Below, piece after piece: positions 36,275 through 46,504 of a stretch of 49,895 nucleotides of DNA. This DNA is from Chrysochromulina tobinii (lineage: Eukaryota), in contig JWZX01003403.1 in NCBI GenBank assembly GCA_001275005.1, positions 1 through 49,895 on the forward strand, written 5' to 3'. Within the stretch, counting starts at the first letter, position 1, and every line of letters begins with the position of its first letter. The notes below the pieces were generated by a model. That model worked only from the letters and a program-made list of their open reading frames with translations. It was not told the DNA's origin and ran no database searches. Made by a program: the position numbers and the translations under genes.

Positions 36275-38113
36275 TCACCAGAGGAGCTTCTGCAGATCGG
36301 CGAGCTGCCCGGGACGGCGCGAGTCATTATACTCACGGTTGAGGAGCCCGTACCACTCATCGTCCCACTCCTGTGTCTCGTTCTTCCACCTGTCGCCATT
36401 GTACGGCCAGTACGCGAAGTCAAGCTCATACTCCTTCATGAAGCGGAGCATGTGAGCCCAGTACGTGCCCGCAGCGCCGCGCGTCTTTCTGTCATCATAG
36501 TCGGCGCCCGCGCCAAACTCGCCCAGCCACACGGGCGTGTTGATGCCCGCGTTGACGAGCCACTTGCTCGCCAGCTCATCGTGGAACATCGAGTACTTGC
36601 CCACGCGCAGCGACATGTTGAGGATCACCGCGCCCCCGCCGATGATCACGAGCGCCATCAGCAGCGCGTTGAGCCACATGCAGCAGTGCCACCAGCGCCG
36701 GCGGCGCAGGCGGGGATGCGCCCCAGATTTGCGAGTCGGATTCTCCATTTCCATTCCGTAGTAGCCATCACTCACGAACGCATTGAGTAGCGACGGACCG
36801 CCAGTGCCTCCGACAGAGCCGCCGGATGTCGCGCACGTGAGAGAGACGCCGCCTGGCTGAGAGGCAAGCCAAGCTGCCTCGGCCCGCAGCTCAGCGACGC
36901 GCGGCGCTTGCATGCGGAAGCAGCCCCACAAGGCGATCGCGAGCACGAACAGCACGCCCGCGCCCCAGAACAATCCGATCGCGACCATGCGGAATGCCTC
37001 ACCTTCGACATTGGCGGCAGCGCAGCCCGCGAGCTTGTAGCCGAAGTCCCAAATGTATGTGGCGCAGAGCTCGAGGGCGATGGCACCCACGGTACACCAG
37101 CCACTGAGGGCAAGGCATACGAACGCACCGTCGGTGCGCATCGTCGCCCGGTAAGGCACGCCGCGAGTGCACAGGAGTACGTGCAGCAGCAGCGGCAGCA
37201 GGAAGGCCATAGCGATCACTGTCAGACGCGACACGTCATCCCAGTTAATCCCAAAGTTGTCCTTGAGGAGCTCGTCAAGTTTGTACCACCAGCGCGCAAA
37301 GGAGTAGAAGTGCACCGTGTACACGAGACGACTCGGGTCGGGCAGCTCGGGTGGCGCCGCGTGCAGTCGCCGCAAGTCATACGACGAGCACAGTCCAGAG
37401 ACGACCACAAGCATCTCAGGGGCTACCTCGTGGAGCTCACGAGCAGCTGCCTCGGTGGCGACCTTCCAGTCGGTGCGAATGTCGGATGAGGTGCCCCATG
37501 TGATCGTGCGCGTCGGCGTGTCGTGGATCTCGTTGCGCAGGTCGAACGCAACCACGCGCCGGTCGTGCGCGTACCGGCGAGCGACTGCGCCCACTGAGAG
37601 GAGCCACGTGGTCGCATTGTAGGCGGGGTTGTCCCAGATGCCCTCCTCCGAGTCATGGTCACAGCACCAGCCCGCTGTGCTCGTGTGGTCGTTCAGCAGG
37701 ATGAGCAGCCCCGCGCTCGTGAGCGCGCTGATCGTCTTGTCGAGCAGCTGCATGCCCGACAGCCCGAGGGCCTGTAACTCGGGGTTGGCGGCGAGCGCAA
37801 AGGCGGGCACGGGCGGGTCTTTGTACCACAGGTCGATGGAGATGGGCATGCGCACGCAGTTGAAGCCCCAATCCGCAATGCGCTCGCTCAGCTCCACGAG
37901 TGGCCGCTTGTGCAGGCCGAAGACGGAGTATAGCTCCATGTGCGCCCCGTACCAATTGACGCACCTGAGCTGGACCTTGGTTCCGTTTCGGTCCACGATG
38001 TTGCGGCCAGAGGTGCCGAGCGGCAACCGATCCAACGCAATCAACTTGGAGTTCGCCGCCGCTGCAATGGTCAGCAAAGTCAGCAAAGACAACTTGTCTC
38101 CCTCGTGTTGCAT
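36275..38113 (-). CDS. Glycoside hydrolase family 5 with internal 4-TM insertion
   Basis: VNWYGA, GFNCVRMP, LNDH, acid/base FDLRNE, VHFY, nucleophile VWLGEFG, FAYWPYNG. N-terminal signal-like stretch. Four hydrophobic segments lie between HFY and WLGEFG. Confidence 0.88.
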   Translation of the reverse strand: MQHEGDKLSLLTLLTIAAAANSKLIALDRLPLGTSGRNIVDRNGTKVQLRCVNWYGAHMELYSVFGLHKRPLVELSERIADWGFNCVRMPISIDLWYKDPPVPAFALAANPELQALGLSGMQLLDKTISALTSAGLLILLNDHTSTAGWCCDHDSEEGIWDNPAYNATTWLLSVGAVARRYAHDRRVVAFDLRNEIHDTPTRTITWGTSSDIRTDWKVATEAAARELHEVAPEMLVVVSGLCSSYDLRRLHAAPPELPDPSRLVYTVHFYSFARWWYKLDELLKDNFGINWDDVSRLTVIAMAFLLPLLLHVLLCTRGVPYRATMRTDGAFVCLALSGWCTVGAIALELCATYIWDFGYKLAGCAAANVEGEAFRMVAIGLFWGAGVLFVLAIALWGCFRMQAPRVAELRAEAAWLASQPGGVSLTCATSGGSVGGTGGPSLLNAFVSDGYYGMEMENPTRKSGAHPRLRRRRWWHCCMWLNALLMALVIIGGGAVILNMSLRVGKYSMFHDELASKWLVNAGINTPVWLGEFGAGADYDDRKTRGAAGTYWAHMLRFMKEYELDFAYWPYNGDRWKNETQEWDDEWYGLLNREYNDSRRPGQLADLQKLLW

Positions 38114-38316
38114 TTCCACTTGTTCCAGACTCGTTCCAAATTAGGTTAGTTTGTTAAGTAGCCAGCGTTTCAAGCGCTTTCTACCTGTGAAGAGCCTTCT
38201 GCGTTCCTGTTAGTTCTTCAATGCATGCAATTTTACAGTTATCGACCGAATCTATTTGCCTGAGTTTTGCAAATCGTCGACTTGGAGTCGTAGCGTAGAG
38301 CTTCCGACTTGTGTGT

Positions 38317-38698
38317 ATGCCAGACGACGACGACGACGACTGGGAGCTGTCCGCCGTCAAGCGTGTATCGGCGATCGGCAATGCCGTGCTCGCCGCTGGC
38401 CGCGCGGCAGATGCGCGTGTCGAGGATTTGCAGCGCAAGGAGCTCGAGAGCAGTGGCGCTGGCTCCGCTCCAGAGGGTCACAGGTCTGTGACCACCACCG
38501 CACTGGATGACGACGACGCTTGGGACCACCGCCGGGTACTAGCACCGGCTAGGGCGGTCTCTATGCCACCCGCGCCCACCATGGCCCTCATGGTGCTCGA
38601 TGGCAGCAGCGATGGCCTCGAGGCTTTTGAGACCTCTCTGCGTGCCAACTCGCAGTGTATCCCCAGCCGCGGCGACGCCGACAATTTCAGCGACCTCG

Positions 38699-38729
<31 letters not shown>

Positions 38730-38747
38730 TGGTGAGGAGGGCGAGAG

Positions 38748-38820
<73 letters not shown>

Positions 38821-39981
38821 CTCAAACAAGCTGCCTCGCAGCAGCAGACGAAGCGGCGTGGCCAGCAACCAGCATCAGGCAAGAGCGACAGCTCCGGCGG
38901 CACTCGAGACGGCATGGGGGCTTCGCGATTCCACACGGCCGCGGCCGCCGAGGCCGAGGCCGATCAGTGGGCCACTGCACTCGCTGGTGGCATCGAGCTC
39001 AACGGGCGCGGCGTCCGCTCTCACTTTTCGACGAGCGAGGTGCGCGCGGCGGTGGCCGAGGCGGTGGCGGAGGCGGAGGCGCGCGCAAGGGTGCAGCAGC
39101 GGCGCGCAGTGGAGCGCGCAGTGGACGCGGCGGCGGAGCAGCTCAAGCAGGAGCTCGAGGCGCAGGCCGAGGAACTTGAGATGGAGCATGAGCGTCGCCT
39201 TCTCGAGGCCATGAGCGAGTCTGGCATGCTGAGTGGCCTGCTGCCCCCAAGAAAGAAGACCACCGACAGCGCCGCCGCCACCGCCTCGTCCACCAAGGGC
39301 GGTACCCGCGGGGGGCATTCGGCGAGGCGGGAGGTCAGACGGGCTGCCAAGCCGAGGGAAGGCAGCGTGTCGCCAACACTGAGCGACACGATGAGCGACG
39401 CGATGAGCAACGCGCCGCTCGCGTTTCTGGGCGCGGCCAAGGGCATGCCCTTATTAGGGATGTCCACACGCCGAGGAGGCAGCGACGTTGAAAACGAGGA
39501 GGAGGAGGACGAGGAGGACGCGGAGGACGAGCCAGACAGCGAGGAGGACGAGCCAGACAGCGAGGAGGAGGAGGAGGAGGAGGAGAGCGAGGAGGAGAAG
39601 GGCGAAGAAGAAGGCGAGCAGGCGGCGTACCACGCCACGGCAGCGCCCGAGGCAGAAGACGACGCCTTGACCGCCCTGCTCACTGGCTCCTTTGAGACCT
39701 CTCTCGAGCTGCTGCGCGGTGCGCCAGCTCGATGGGCCACCGAGCGTGTCGCTCTGATGCGCGCGCTGGCCGAGGTCCAGGACAAGTATGAGGCCTCAGA
39801 GGCGCGTGCGGCGGAGGCGGGGCGGCTTGCGAGCCAGGTGGAAATGAGAGCGCGCGCGCCTCATCAAGTGTCCATGGTGCCGTACATCATGGGCGGCGCG
39901 ATGGGCGATGGCGACGATGGCGATGGCGACGATGGCGATGGCGACGATGGCGATGGCGACGGACCTTCGGCCAGCGCGGCT

Positions 39982-40013
<32 letters not shown>

Positions 40014-40027
40014 CTCCGCCTCCGCCT

Positions 40028-40058
<31 letters not shown>

Positions 40059-40950
40059 TTTCCCTGTCGGCGCCGAGTCGCTGGTGGCGGCGGCGCAGTC
40101 GGCATCGGATCGATGGGCGCGTGAGCTACGAGAGGAGGCGGAGGCGGCACGGCGAGGAGCCGACGGCGAGCTCACAACTGCGACGGCTCCAGTGCTGAGG
40201 GACGAAGGCGACGGCGCCAGCTGGCTCGCGGAAGCACAGCAGCCGTTGGAGGCGGCGTCGCAGCGCTTCGCTGCCGCCCGTCGACTGCTGAGCCCTTCGG
40301 AGCTCGCCACGGCGCTCGAGAGGAGCCACGCGGCGATGGCCTCGCTCGCCACGGCGCCGGCAGACTTGCAAGCGGTCGCCGAGGTGCAGCGGCGCTGCCT
40401 GGTGAGGCTCCCCATGCTTCTGCCCAAGCCGGAGCTCAAGCCTGTGCGCGAGGCGATGATGATCGAGCTCGATCACGCCACCACAAAGACAGAGGCGATC
40501 TCACTGACCGTCCGTGAGGTGTTGCGGGCGGCGGCGCTGCTGCTGCCGGATGGAAGCTCGCTGCCATGGCTGCCATCGACCGAGCCCAAGGCGAGCGCGC
40601 TGCTGCCAAAGGCACCCAAGGCGAAAGGCATCTCTACGAAGGCGGAAGGGCCCAATGCAGGGTCTACGACGCGCCCCTTTACGACGCCCTCGAAGACGCC
40701 CAAGGCGAAGGGCACGCTCCAGAGCGCGGAGGACAGCACTGGGAGGGTTGCACTGCACGCACAGCCGGCGGCGGAGACGGAGGGGAAGGGGGAGGAGGAG
40801 GCGGACGAGCAGCCCGCGCTCGCAACGACGCCCGCGTCTGCGCCGCCAAAGGCGATGTCGATCTACGAGCGCATGCAGCGGGCGGCGGCTGCGCCCGCGC
40901 TTGCGCCACCCGCGCCCACGCCGCCTCTCGCAGATGAGCAGGAGATCTGA
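38317..40950 (+). CDS. Hypothetical acidic, low-complexity coiled-coil protein (~877 aa)
   Basis: Long ATG-initiated ORF with poly-DE, GDGDD and poly-Ala tracts and predicted coiled coils. No family recognised. Confidence 0.65.
38749..38820 (+). repeat. (GACGAG)12 coding microsatellite (DE repeat)
   Basis: Read directly. Confidence 0.9.
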
Positions 40951-41668
40951 TGAGATCTTGTGATGATGTGTGATGGATCTTATTTGTGAGGATGAACAGA
41001 AGGCTAGGCTCTTTACAAGAGCGTAGTAACTGTGCGGAATATGTTGGGATGTTGGCTTGTTGGGGGGCACTTGGGAGAGGAGGCTGAATCTTGTCGTGTA
41101 CAACATGTACAAGTACGAGTACCGATTCAAAGACGCCGGGGGGACCACGCCGGGACAACAACGGGGGGGGACAGTGGTGTGTCCAGTGTCGGTCGCGCGC
41201 GCGCTCTGCTCGAGCTTGTATTGCCGCACTTTACAGCCCCGCAGGGCCAAACGGCCAGTCACAACTCGAGACCCGGGTCATCACATGGGTCAAGAGTAAG
41301 TCCAGACTCTTTCCGGTGTTTTCGAACCGCACCTCCTGCGTATGCGCGAAACTGATCTGGTTGCCTCGCCATATCTACCACCGATTCTGTGGTCCTGTAA
41401 CGATGTGTTGCGTTGTCGTAGACGACCCCGTCGGTCACACCTCCGTCCATAGCGATAGAGGCCCCCGTGCTGGAGGGTCCGGAGAGTGTGCGCGTTTGTG
41501 TTTCACAGCAGCAGCGGCACTGATCGTAAACCACGTCTTTTCACGCGTGGTTCACGGTTACCGGTAGTTCACGGCCGGTTCACGGCATGTTCCCGCCCTG
41601 AAGTCGGAGAGGAACTCCCTCAATGGAGTCGGTCGCGCGCGTGCGAGAAGAGGTGACAGCGGCCCCCG

Positions 41669-42373
41669 ATGCTAACGACAACAATAAGCGGCAGAGGGTG
41701 GTCACCGAAGCCGCTGCGTCCAGGACCGAGTCGAAATTCACAAACGGAAGCAAAGGACTGGCCGCAAGTTACGAAGGCCCTCGACTTCTGGGCTACTTCG
41801 TCTAGGGCCTGGAAAGGCAGAGATGGCCTGCTGCGATGGCCAGATGAGCTACGCGAGAAAAAGATCACGAGCATCATGGACATCGAGTCATGCTCACGTG
41901 AGCACGCTGAGCTTCTGATCCTGCGGCATACACGTGAAGTGGCTGAAAAGCAATCCGCAGAGGATGCCAAAGCAAAGGCTGCGATGGCAGCACGGCCACA
42001 CCCGAGTGGCACTGTCTGGGCGATTTTGGAGAGCCCATATTGCAAATATCACGATAGTCACGATATTTGCAATAAACCGAAGCTACACTCCGTGCATCTG
42101 AGTGAGGAGGACGCGACGCGCCGTGCAAAGCTCTACTGGACGCATGATACATGTGACGTGGACGGCCTCATGTTGCTGTCCAAGTCTGATGAGCCATACC
42201 TGGCCAACGCATGCGTCGAGGGCGGTTCGGGAGTCATGGCAATCTCGGTGGTGCACGTTCCGATCTGCAAGTTGAAAGGCAGCTTTCTCAAGGAGGCACT
42301 TCTTCAGCGCGGTGCGAGTGCCAACGGCAAGGTGCCGGAGCTTCGAGCGCGTCTCACCGAGCTTGTCGGCTGA
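41669..42373 (+). CDS. C-terminal SAP-domain protein
   Basis: LKGSFLKEALLQRGASANGKVPELRARL fits the SAP pattern L...L+..L..RG....G....L..RL. The start is ambiguous: ATG 41669, or ATG 41623 with a frameshift near 41735. Confidence 0.6.
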   Translation: MLTTTISGRGWSPKPLRPGPSRNSQTEAKDWPQVTKALDFWATSSRAWKGRDGLLRWPDELREKKITSIMDIESCSREHAELLILRHTREVAEKQSAEDAKAKAAMAARPHPSGTVWAILESPYCKYHDSHDICNKPKLHSVHLSEEDATRRAKLYWTHDTCDVDGLMLLSKSDEPYLANACVEGGSGVMAISVVHVPICKLKGSFLKEALLQRGASANGKVPELRARLTELVG

Positions 42374-42511
42374 GTGCGGGCGTGAGACGCCGCCGCGTCT
42401 TCCATCGCGTGCGCCGCCACCGCTGCTTTCCTCGCAGCCGATGAAGTGCAGCCTACTCGGCCGTGACCGGGCTCAAGCCCGCTAGACGGTCTCTAGTATG
42501 TAATGTGTTTT

Positions 42512-43037
42512 GTGTCAGTGTGTGCGCCCCCTTGTGTGTGGCCCTGGCCCCGGCTTGTGACCCCCGGTCGCAGTGGCATCACGCCCCGATTTCCTAATCG
42601 GGCGCGCGTTCGCTTCCCTTGAGGAATATGACTGATCACTTCCCGCAAGCGCGCGCTTCGATTCTCCTCTTCTTTCATCACATCTCGTCACGCTCACTTT
42701 GGCGTTTGGGCGTGAGTGGGGGTTGCTCGCCGCGGAAAAGAGTGACTACTTGAGTATAACTTGAGTAGTAGTGAGTAACCTTAGACGTCGCACGCGGATA
42801 ACACGCGGAGTGCGCAGAGAGTCAGAGTGTTCTAGACAAACAGCCCCCGACTCACGCCTGGAAAACACCATGGAAAACACGCGCTTGCGGGATGCGGGAA
42901 GTGCATGGGGAAGTCGAAGTGATCGCGATGTTCCTCAGAAGAAGTTCGCGCCCGATTAGGCAATCGGGGCGCCGCGGTGCCTCGCTCCGGGGGCCATAAA
43001 GGGGCTAGGGCCACACTCAGGGGGCACACACTAACAC
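42512..43037. mobile_element. Foldback/MITE-like element with ~140-160 bp imperfect terminal inverted repeats
   Basis: 42512-42653 aligns with the reverse complement of 42880-43037, e.g. gtgtggccct/agggccacac, cgccccgatttcctaatcgggcgcg/cgcgcccgattaggcaatcggggcg and tcccgcaagcgcg/cgcgcttgcggga. No convincing protein-coding ORF and no clear TSD. Confidence 0.75.
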
Positions 43038-43295
43038 GTGACGGTAAGGACCGTCCAGCGGGCAAGGGCCCGGTCACGGCCGAGCGGGCCGTATTTCAAC
43101 TTTTCAAGCCGTATTCGATTCGCCTGGGCTTGAGAAGCCTTGTTAAGCATTTCCTTCGGACGCTCGCTAGTTGCAGCTCCTTGCGCATTCTGATTGCGAT
43201 GACTAAGGTTCTCAAGTTGTCGGTATTTTCACAGCCGCTGGTTAATTTCACAGCAATTCGAAACCCGCGGGTCACGCACGATTCACGTTCACGAC

Positions 43296-44746
43296 ATGCG
43301 CTTCGGCGAGCGCATCGTCGTCACGGGCGTGGGCATCGTCTCGCCGTTGGGCGTGGGAGTTCGCACGGTTTGGCCTCGGCTGCTCGCCGGCGGCTGCGGC
43401 GTGAAGCGGCTAGAGTCGCTGCGCGGGCAGACATCCGAGGTCGCCGCTCCAGTGCCGCGTGGCAGCGAGGACGGCGAGTTCGATCCCGCGCGCTGCCGGC
43501 TGATGGCGCCGGGCGACGCGCAGACGATCGCGCCGTTTGCGCAATTCGCGCTCGCGGCTGCGGCCGAGGCGCTCGACTCGGCCCGCTGGGCGCCGGCCAC
43601 CGACGCGGAGCGCGAGCGCACCGGCGTCGCCATTGGCTCGGGCATCGGGTCACTGGCGGACATTGTCGACGCGTCCGACACGATGCGCGAGCGCGGGCCG
43701 CGGCGCGTGTCGGCGTATTTTGTGCCGCGCATGCTGGTCAACATGGCTGCTGGCCACGTGAGTATCCGCGCGGGGCTCCGCGGCCCGTTGAGCTGCCCGG
43801 CGACGGCATGCGCCACCGGCGCCTCTGCGGTGAGCGACGCGGCTCTCTTGTTGATGTCTGGCGCGGCGGACGTGATGCTGGCGGGCGGCGCCGAGGCGTG
43901 CATCGAGCCGCTCGCCATCGCCGGCTTTGGCAAGCTGCGCGCCGTCAGCACCGCGTACAACGCCTCCCCCGAGCGCGCCTCGCGTCCCTTCGACGCTGGT
44001 CGCGACGGGTTCGTCATGGGCGAAGGGGCGGCGGTGCTCGTGCTCGAGACCGAGGGACACGCGCGCCGTCGCGGCGCGACCGTGCTCGCCGAGCTGTGCG
44101 GCTTCGGGCTCAGCGCGGACGCTCACCACATCACCGCGCCACCCGACAACGGAGCAGGGGCCCTCCGGACGATGCGCACGGCTCTCCGTATGGCGGAGGC
44201 ATGCGGGCACCCGTTTGTGGACTATGTGAACGCGCACGCGACCTCGACGCCGCAGGGCGACGCGGCCGAGCTCCGGGCCATCAGTGCCCTTGCGGCCGAC
44301 CGTCCCGCGGGCTCGCTCCCCCTCCTCGTATCCGCCACCAAGGGCGCCACGGGCCATTTGCTTGGGGGGGCAGGGGCGCTCGAGGCGGCGTTCACCGTGC
44401 TTGCTCTCCATCATCAGGTGCTCCTCACCCTGATGACCTCTGATTGCCTCCCTCATCAGGTGCTCCTCACCCTGATGACCTCGGATTGCCTCCATCATCA
44501 GGTGCTCTCGCCCTGATGACCTCTGATTGCCTCCCTCATCAGGTGCTCCCCCCCACCATCAACCTCGAGAAACCCGAACCGGCCGACTTGCCCGGCATCG
44601 CCCACGTGACCGTCGGCGGCGCGCCGGCGGATGGGCGCCCGTTGCGCGCGGCGCTGTCCAACAGCTTTGGCTTTGGAGGCGTGAACGTGAGCCTGTGTTT
44701 TGCGAGATGGGCACCTGCAGGCGCCCCCGTGACGCAGGACGAGTAA
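43296..44746 (+). CDS. OXSM: 3-oxoacyl-ACP synthase II (FabF / mitochondrial OXSM type), 2 exons
   Basis: RIVVTGVGIVSPLG, catalytic TACATG, SRPFDAGRDGFVMGEGA, YVNAHATST, KGATGHLLG. Intron 44418-44542 restores ALHHQ|VLPPTINL...ALSNSFGFGG. Confidence 0.9.
44418..44542 (+). repeat. Intron composed of three tandem 42/42/41-nt units, each gtgctc...catcag
   Basis: Units at 44418-44459, 44460-44501 and 44502-44542; consensus gtgctcctcaccctgatgacctctgattgcctccctcatcag. Confidence 0.9.
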
Positions 44747-45086
44747 TAACACGTCGCGCACGGTTGTTGCTCGGCTGACAAACACGACGATCGCGCGCCC
44801 ACTAGGAAATCAGGGAAATCAACTTTGCGCGCTGGCGTCAGGCGTGGTACAATGCATGATATGGTACATTGATAAGACCGTGAAGCGGTGATCGCGACAC
44901 CTCCGTCCATAGCCTATGATACCGCATCCGCCCTCTGATACTCTGGCCCTCGTGCTTGGGGGTTCGGAGCGTCTTCGCGTTGTGTTGAACAGCAGCAGAC
45001 CGTAATGAATTTTTTGCATCTTCAATTCGCATCGGCGATCTCCCCTTTTCCAAGTACTGTCTCGGAAGCGCGGTGTTCATCCGCTC

Positions 45087-45791
45087 ATGAGGCAGCGTTT
45101 GCCAATGTTGCTCCTGCCGCTGCTGCTGGGCTTCCTGACACCGTCGGCGCCCTTTGCGATGTCGCGCACGGTGCCGCGGGCACCGGCGCGTAGGATGGGC
45201 TCGCCGCCCTCGATGGTTTTTGATGTCGCGACCGTGTCGCGTCCGGGGTTTCCTTGGTCCGTTGCCTCTGCTCCTCGTCCGGAGTCGATCATGGAGGGGG
45301 GCCACCGGATCGACTTCCTGATGGAGTCACTGCATCTAACCAAACGCCGCTGCAGCGGCGGCATCAGCGTGCGCGCGCCGCCCGAGGCCATCTGGAAGAT
45401 CATTACCGCCTACGAGCGCATGCCTGACGTGATCCCCAACATCATCTCGAACATCGTGACGCGCGACGAGACGGGGCTGCGCGGCGTGCGCATCGATCAG
45501 GAGGCGCTGCTCTCGCGCAAGATGAACCTGCGGACCTCGATGACCCTCGAGGCCGTAGAGGAGCCCAACCGCTGGACGCTGGCGTTGCACCGCATCTCCG
45601 GGCACGGCTTCTTGTCTTTTGAGGGTCGGTACCAGCTGCAGCCGCGCGCGGACGGGACGACGTACCTGAGCTACGTTGTCGAGCTCGTCCCATGCCCCAT
45701 CTTCCCGCTCCCGCTCGTCGAGCGGAAGATCCGCAAGGAGGTGCCCAAAATGTTGAGCGCCGTGGCAGATGCGGCGCTGGCAGGGTTGTGA
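45087..45791 (+). CDS. START/SRPBCC (polyketide cyclase-like, Coq10-like) protein, probably plastid-targeted
   Basis: ISVRAPPEAIWKIITAYERMPDVIPNI...FLSFEGRYQL...TYLSYVVE...MLSAV. Signal peptide ending ...TPSAPF is followed by an R/S-rich transit-like segment. Confidence 0.8.
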   Translation: MRQRLPMLLLPLLLGFLTPSAPFAMSRTVPRAPARRMGSPPSMVFDVATVSRPGFPWSVASAPRPESIMEGGHRIDFLMESLHLTKRRCSGGISVRAPPEAIWKIITAYERMPDVIPNIISNIVTRDETGLRGVRIDQEALLSRKMNLRTSMTLEAVEEPNRWTLALHRISGHGFLSFEGRYQLQPRADGTTYLSYVVELVPCPIFPLPLVERKIRKEVPKMLSAVADAALAGL

Positions 45792-46275
45792 CCGGACTGG
45801 AGAGCGGCTGAATCAGGGGCTGATTTTCATCCTGGACGGGGCGTACCTCTAGATGGTGGCTTGTGTCTGCTAGTACAGTATAATTCTTGACCAAACACTT
45901 CAAGTTTCGTCTTAGAGTCTGGACCCTGAGCCACAGGCGGATTTGCCTTTGATTTGGGCAATTTGGGCTCGAACCTCGAAGGGAAAAGGCTCCTTCGGCT
46001 TCGTGGCTTATGGCCGTCCCGGATCGGATCCTAGACCGCTCTTGGACGTCCAATGTTCCAATCACACTCACACCCGCCGGACCACCCGAAACGGACGGTC
46101 CATCAGCATCAACATCGCGTCGAGACCTCGCCTCACGGCATGCGCGAATGGCCGTGCTTGCGTCGCACCCGTGGCACAGACCGCGACCGGCGGGCGGCGG
46201 CGGCGTGGGGCGCGCTGGGTGTGACCGCGCCACCGCAGGCTCGCCGGCCGATCTGCGCCGACGGGGGCGCTTTGC

Positions 46276-46504
46276 GCCCACTACAGCGCCTTGAGCAGTC
46301 GGGATGGGGCGTCGATGTGCCCACTACAGCGCCTTGAGCAGTCTCTCGAGTACGAGCTGGGAGGGATGGGGCGTCGAGGTGCCCACTACAGCGCCTTGAG
46401 CAGTCTCTCGAGTACGAGCTGGGAGGGATGGGGCGTCGAGGTGCCCACTACAGCGCCTTGAGCAGTCTCTCGAGTACGAGCTGGGAGGGATGGGGCGTCG
46501 AGGT
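46276..46504. repeat. Tandem repeat: three 62-bp units plus one internally deleted unit, overlapping the THOC5 stop codon
   Basis: gcccactacagcgccttgagcagtctctcgagtacgagctgggagggatggggcgtcgaggt at 46319, 46381 and 46443; 43-nt variant at 46276. Confidence 0.92.

Noticed and set aside
44418..44542. KAS gene appears frameshifted or pseudogenised in the ORF track
   Set aside because: Removing a 125-nt GT-AG intron restores an intact FabF/OXSM C-terminus.
43296..45791. Adjacent ketosynthase + 'polyketide cyclase' as a type II PKS cluster
   Set aside because: The KAS has the Cys-His-His FabF/OXSM signature of fatty-acid synthesis, there is no CLF or ACP nearby, and the START protein has a different (plastid-like) leader; adjacency is probably coincidental.
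46276..46504. Regularly spaced repeats resembling a CRISPR array
   Set aside because: Units are contiguous and identical with no unique spacers, overlap a eukaryotic CDS, and no cas genes are present.
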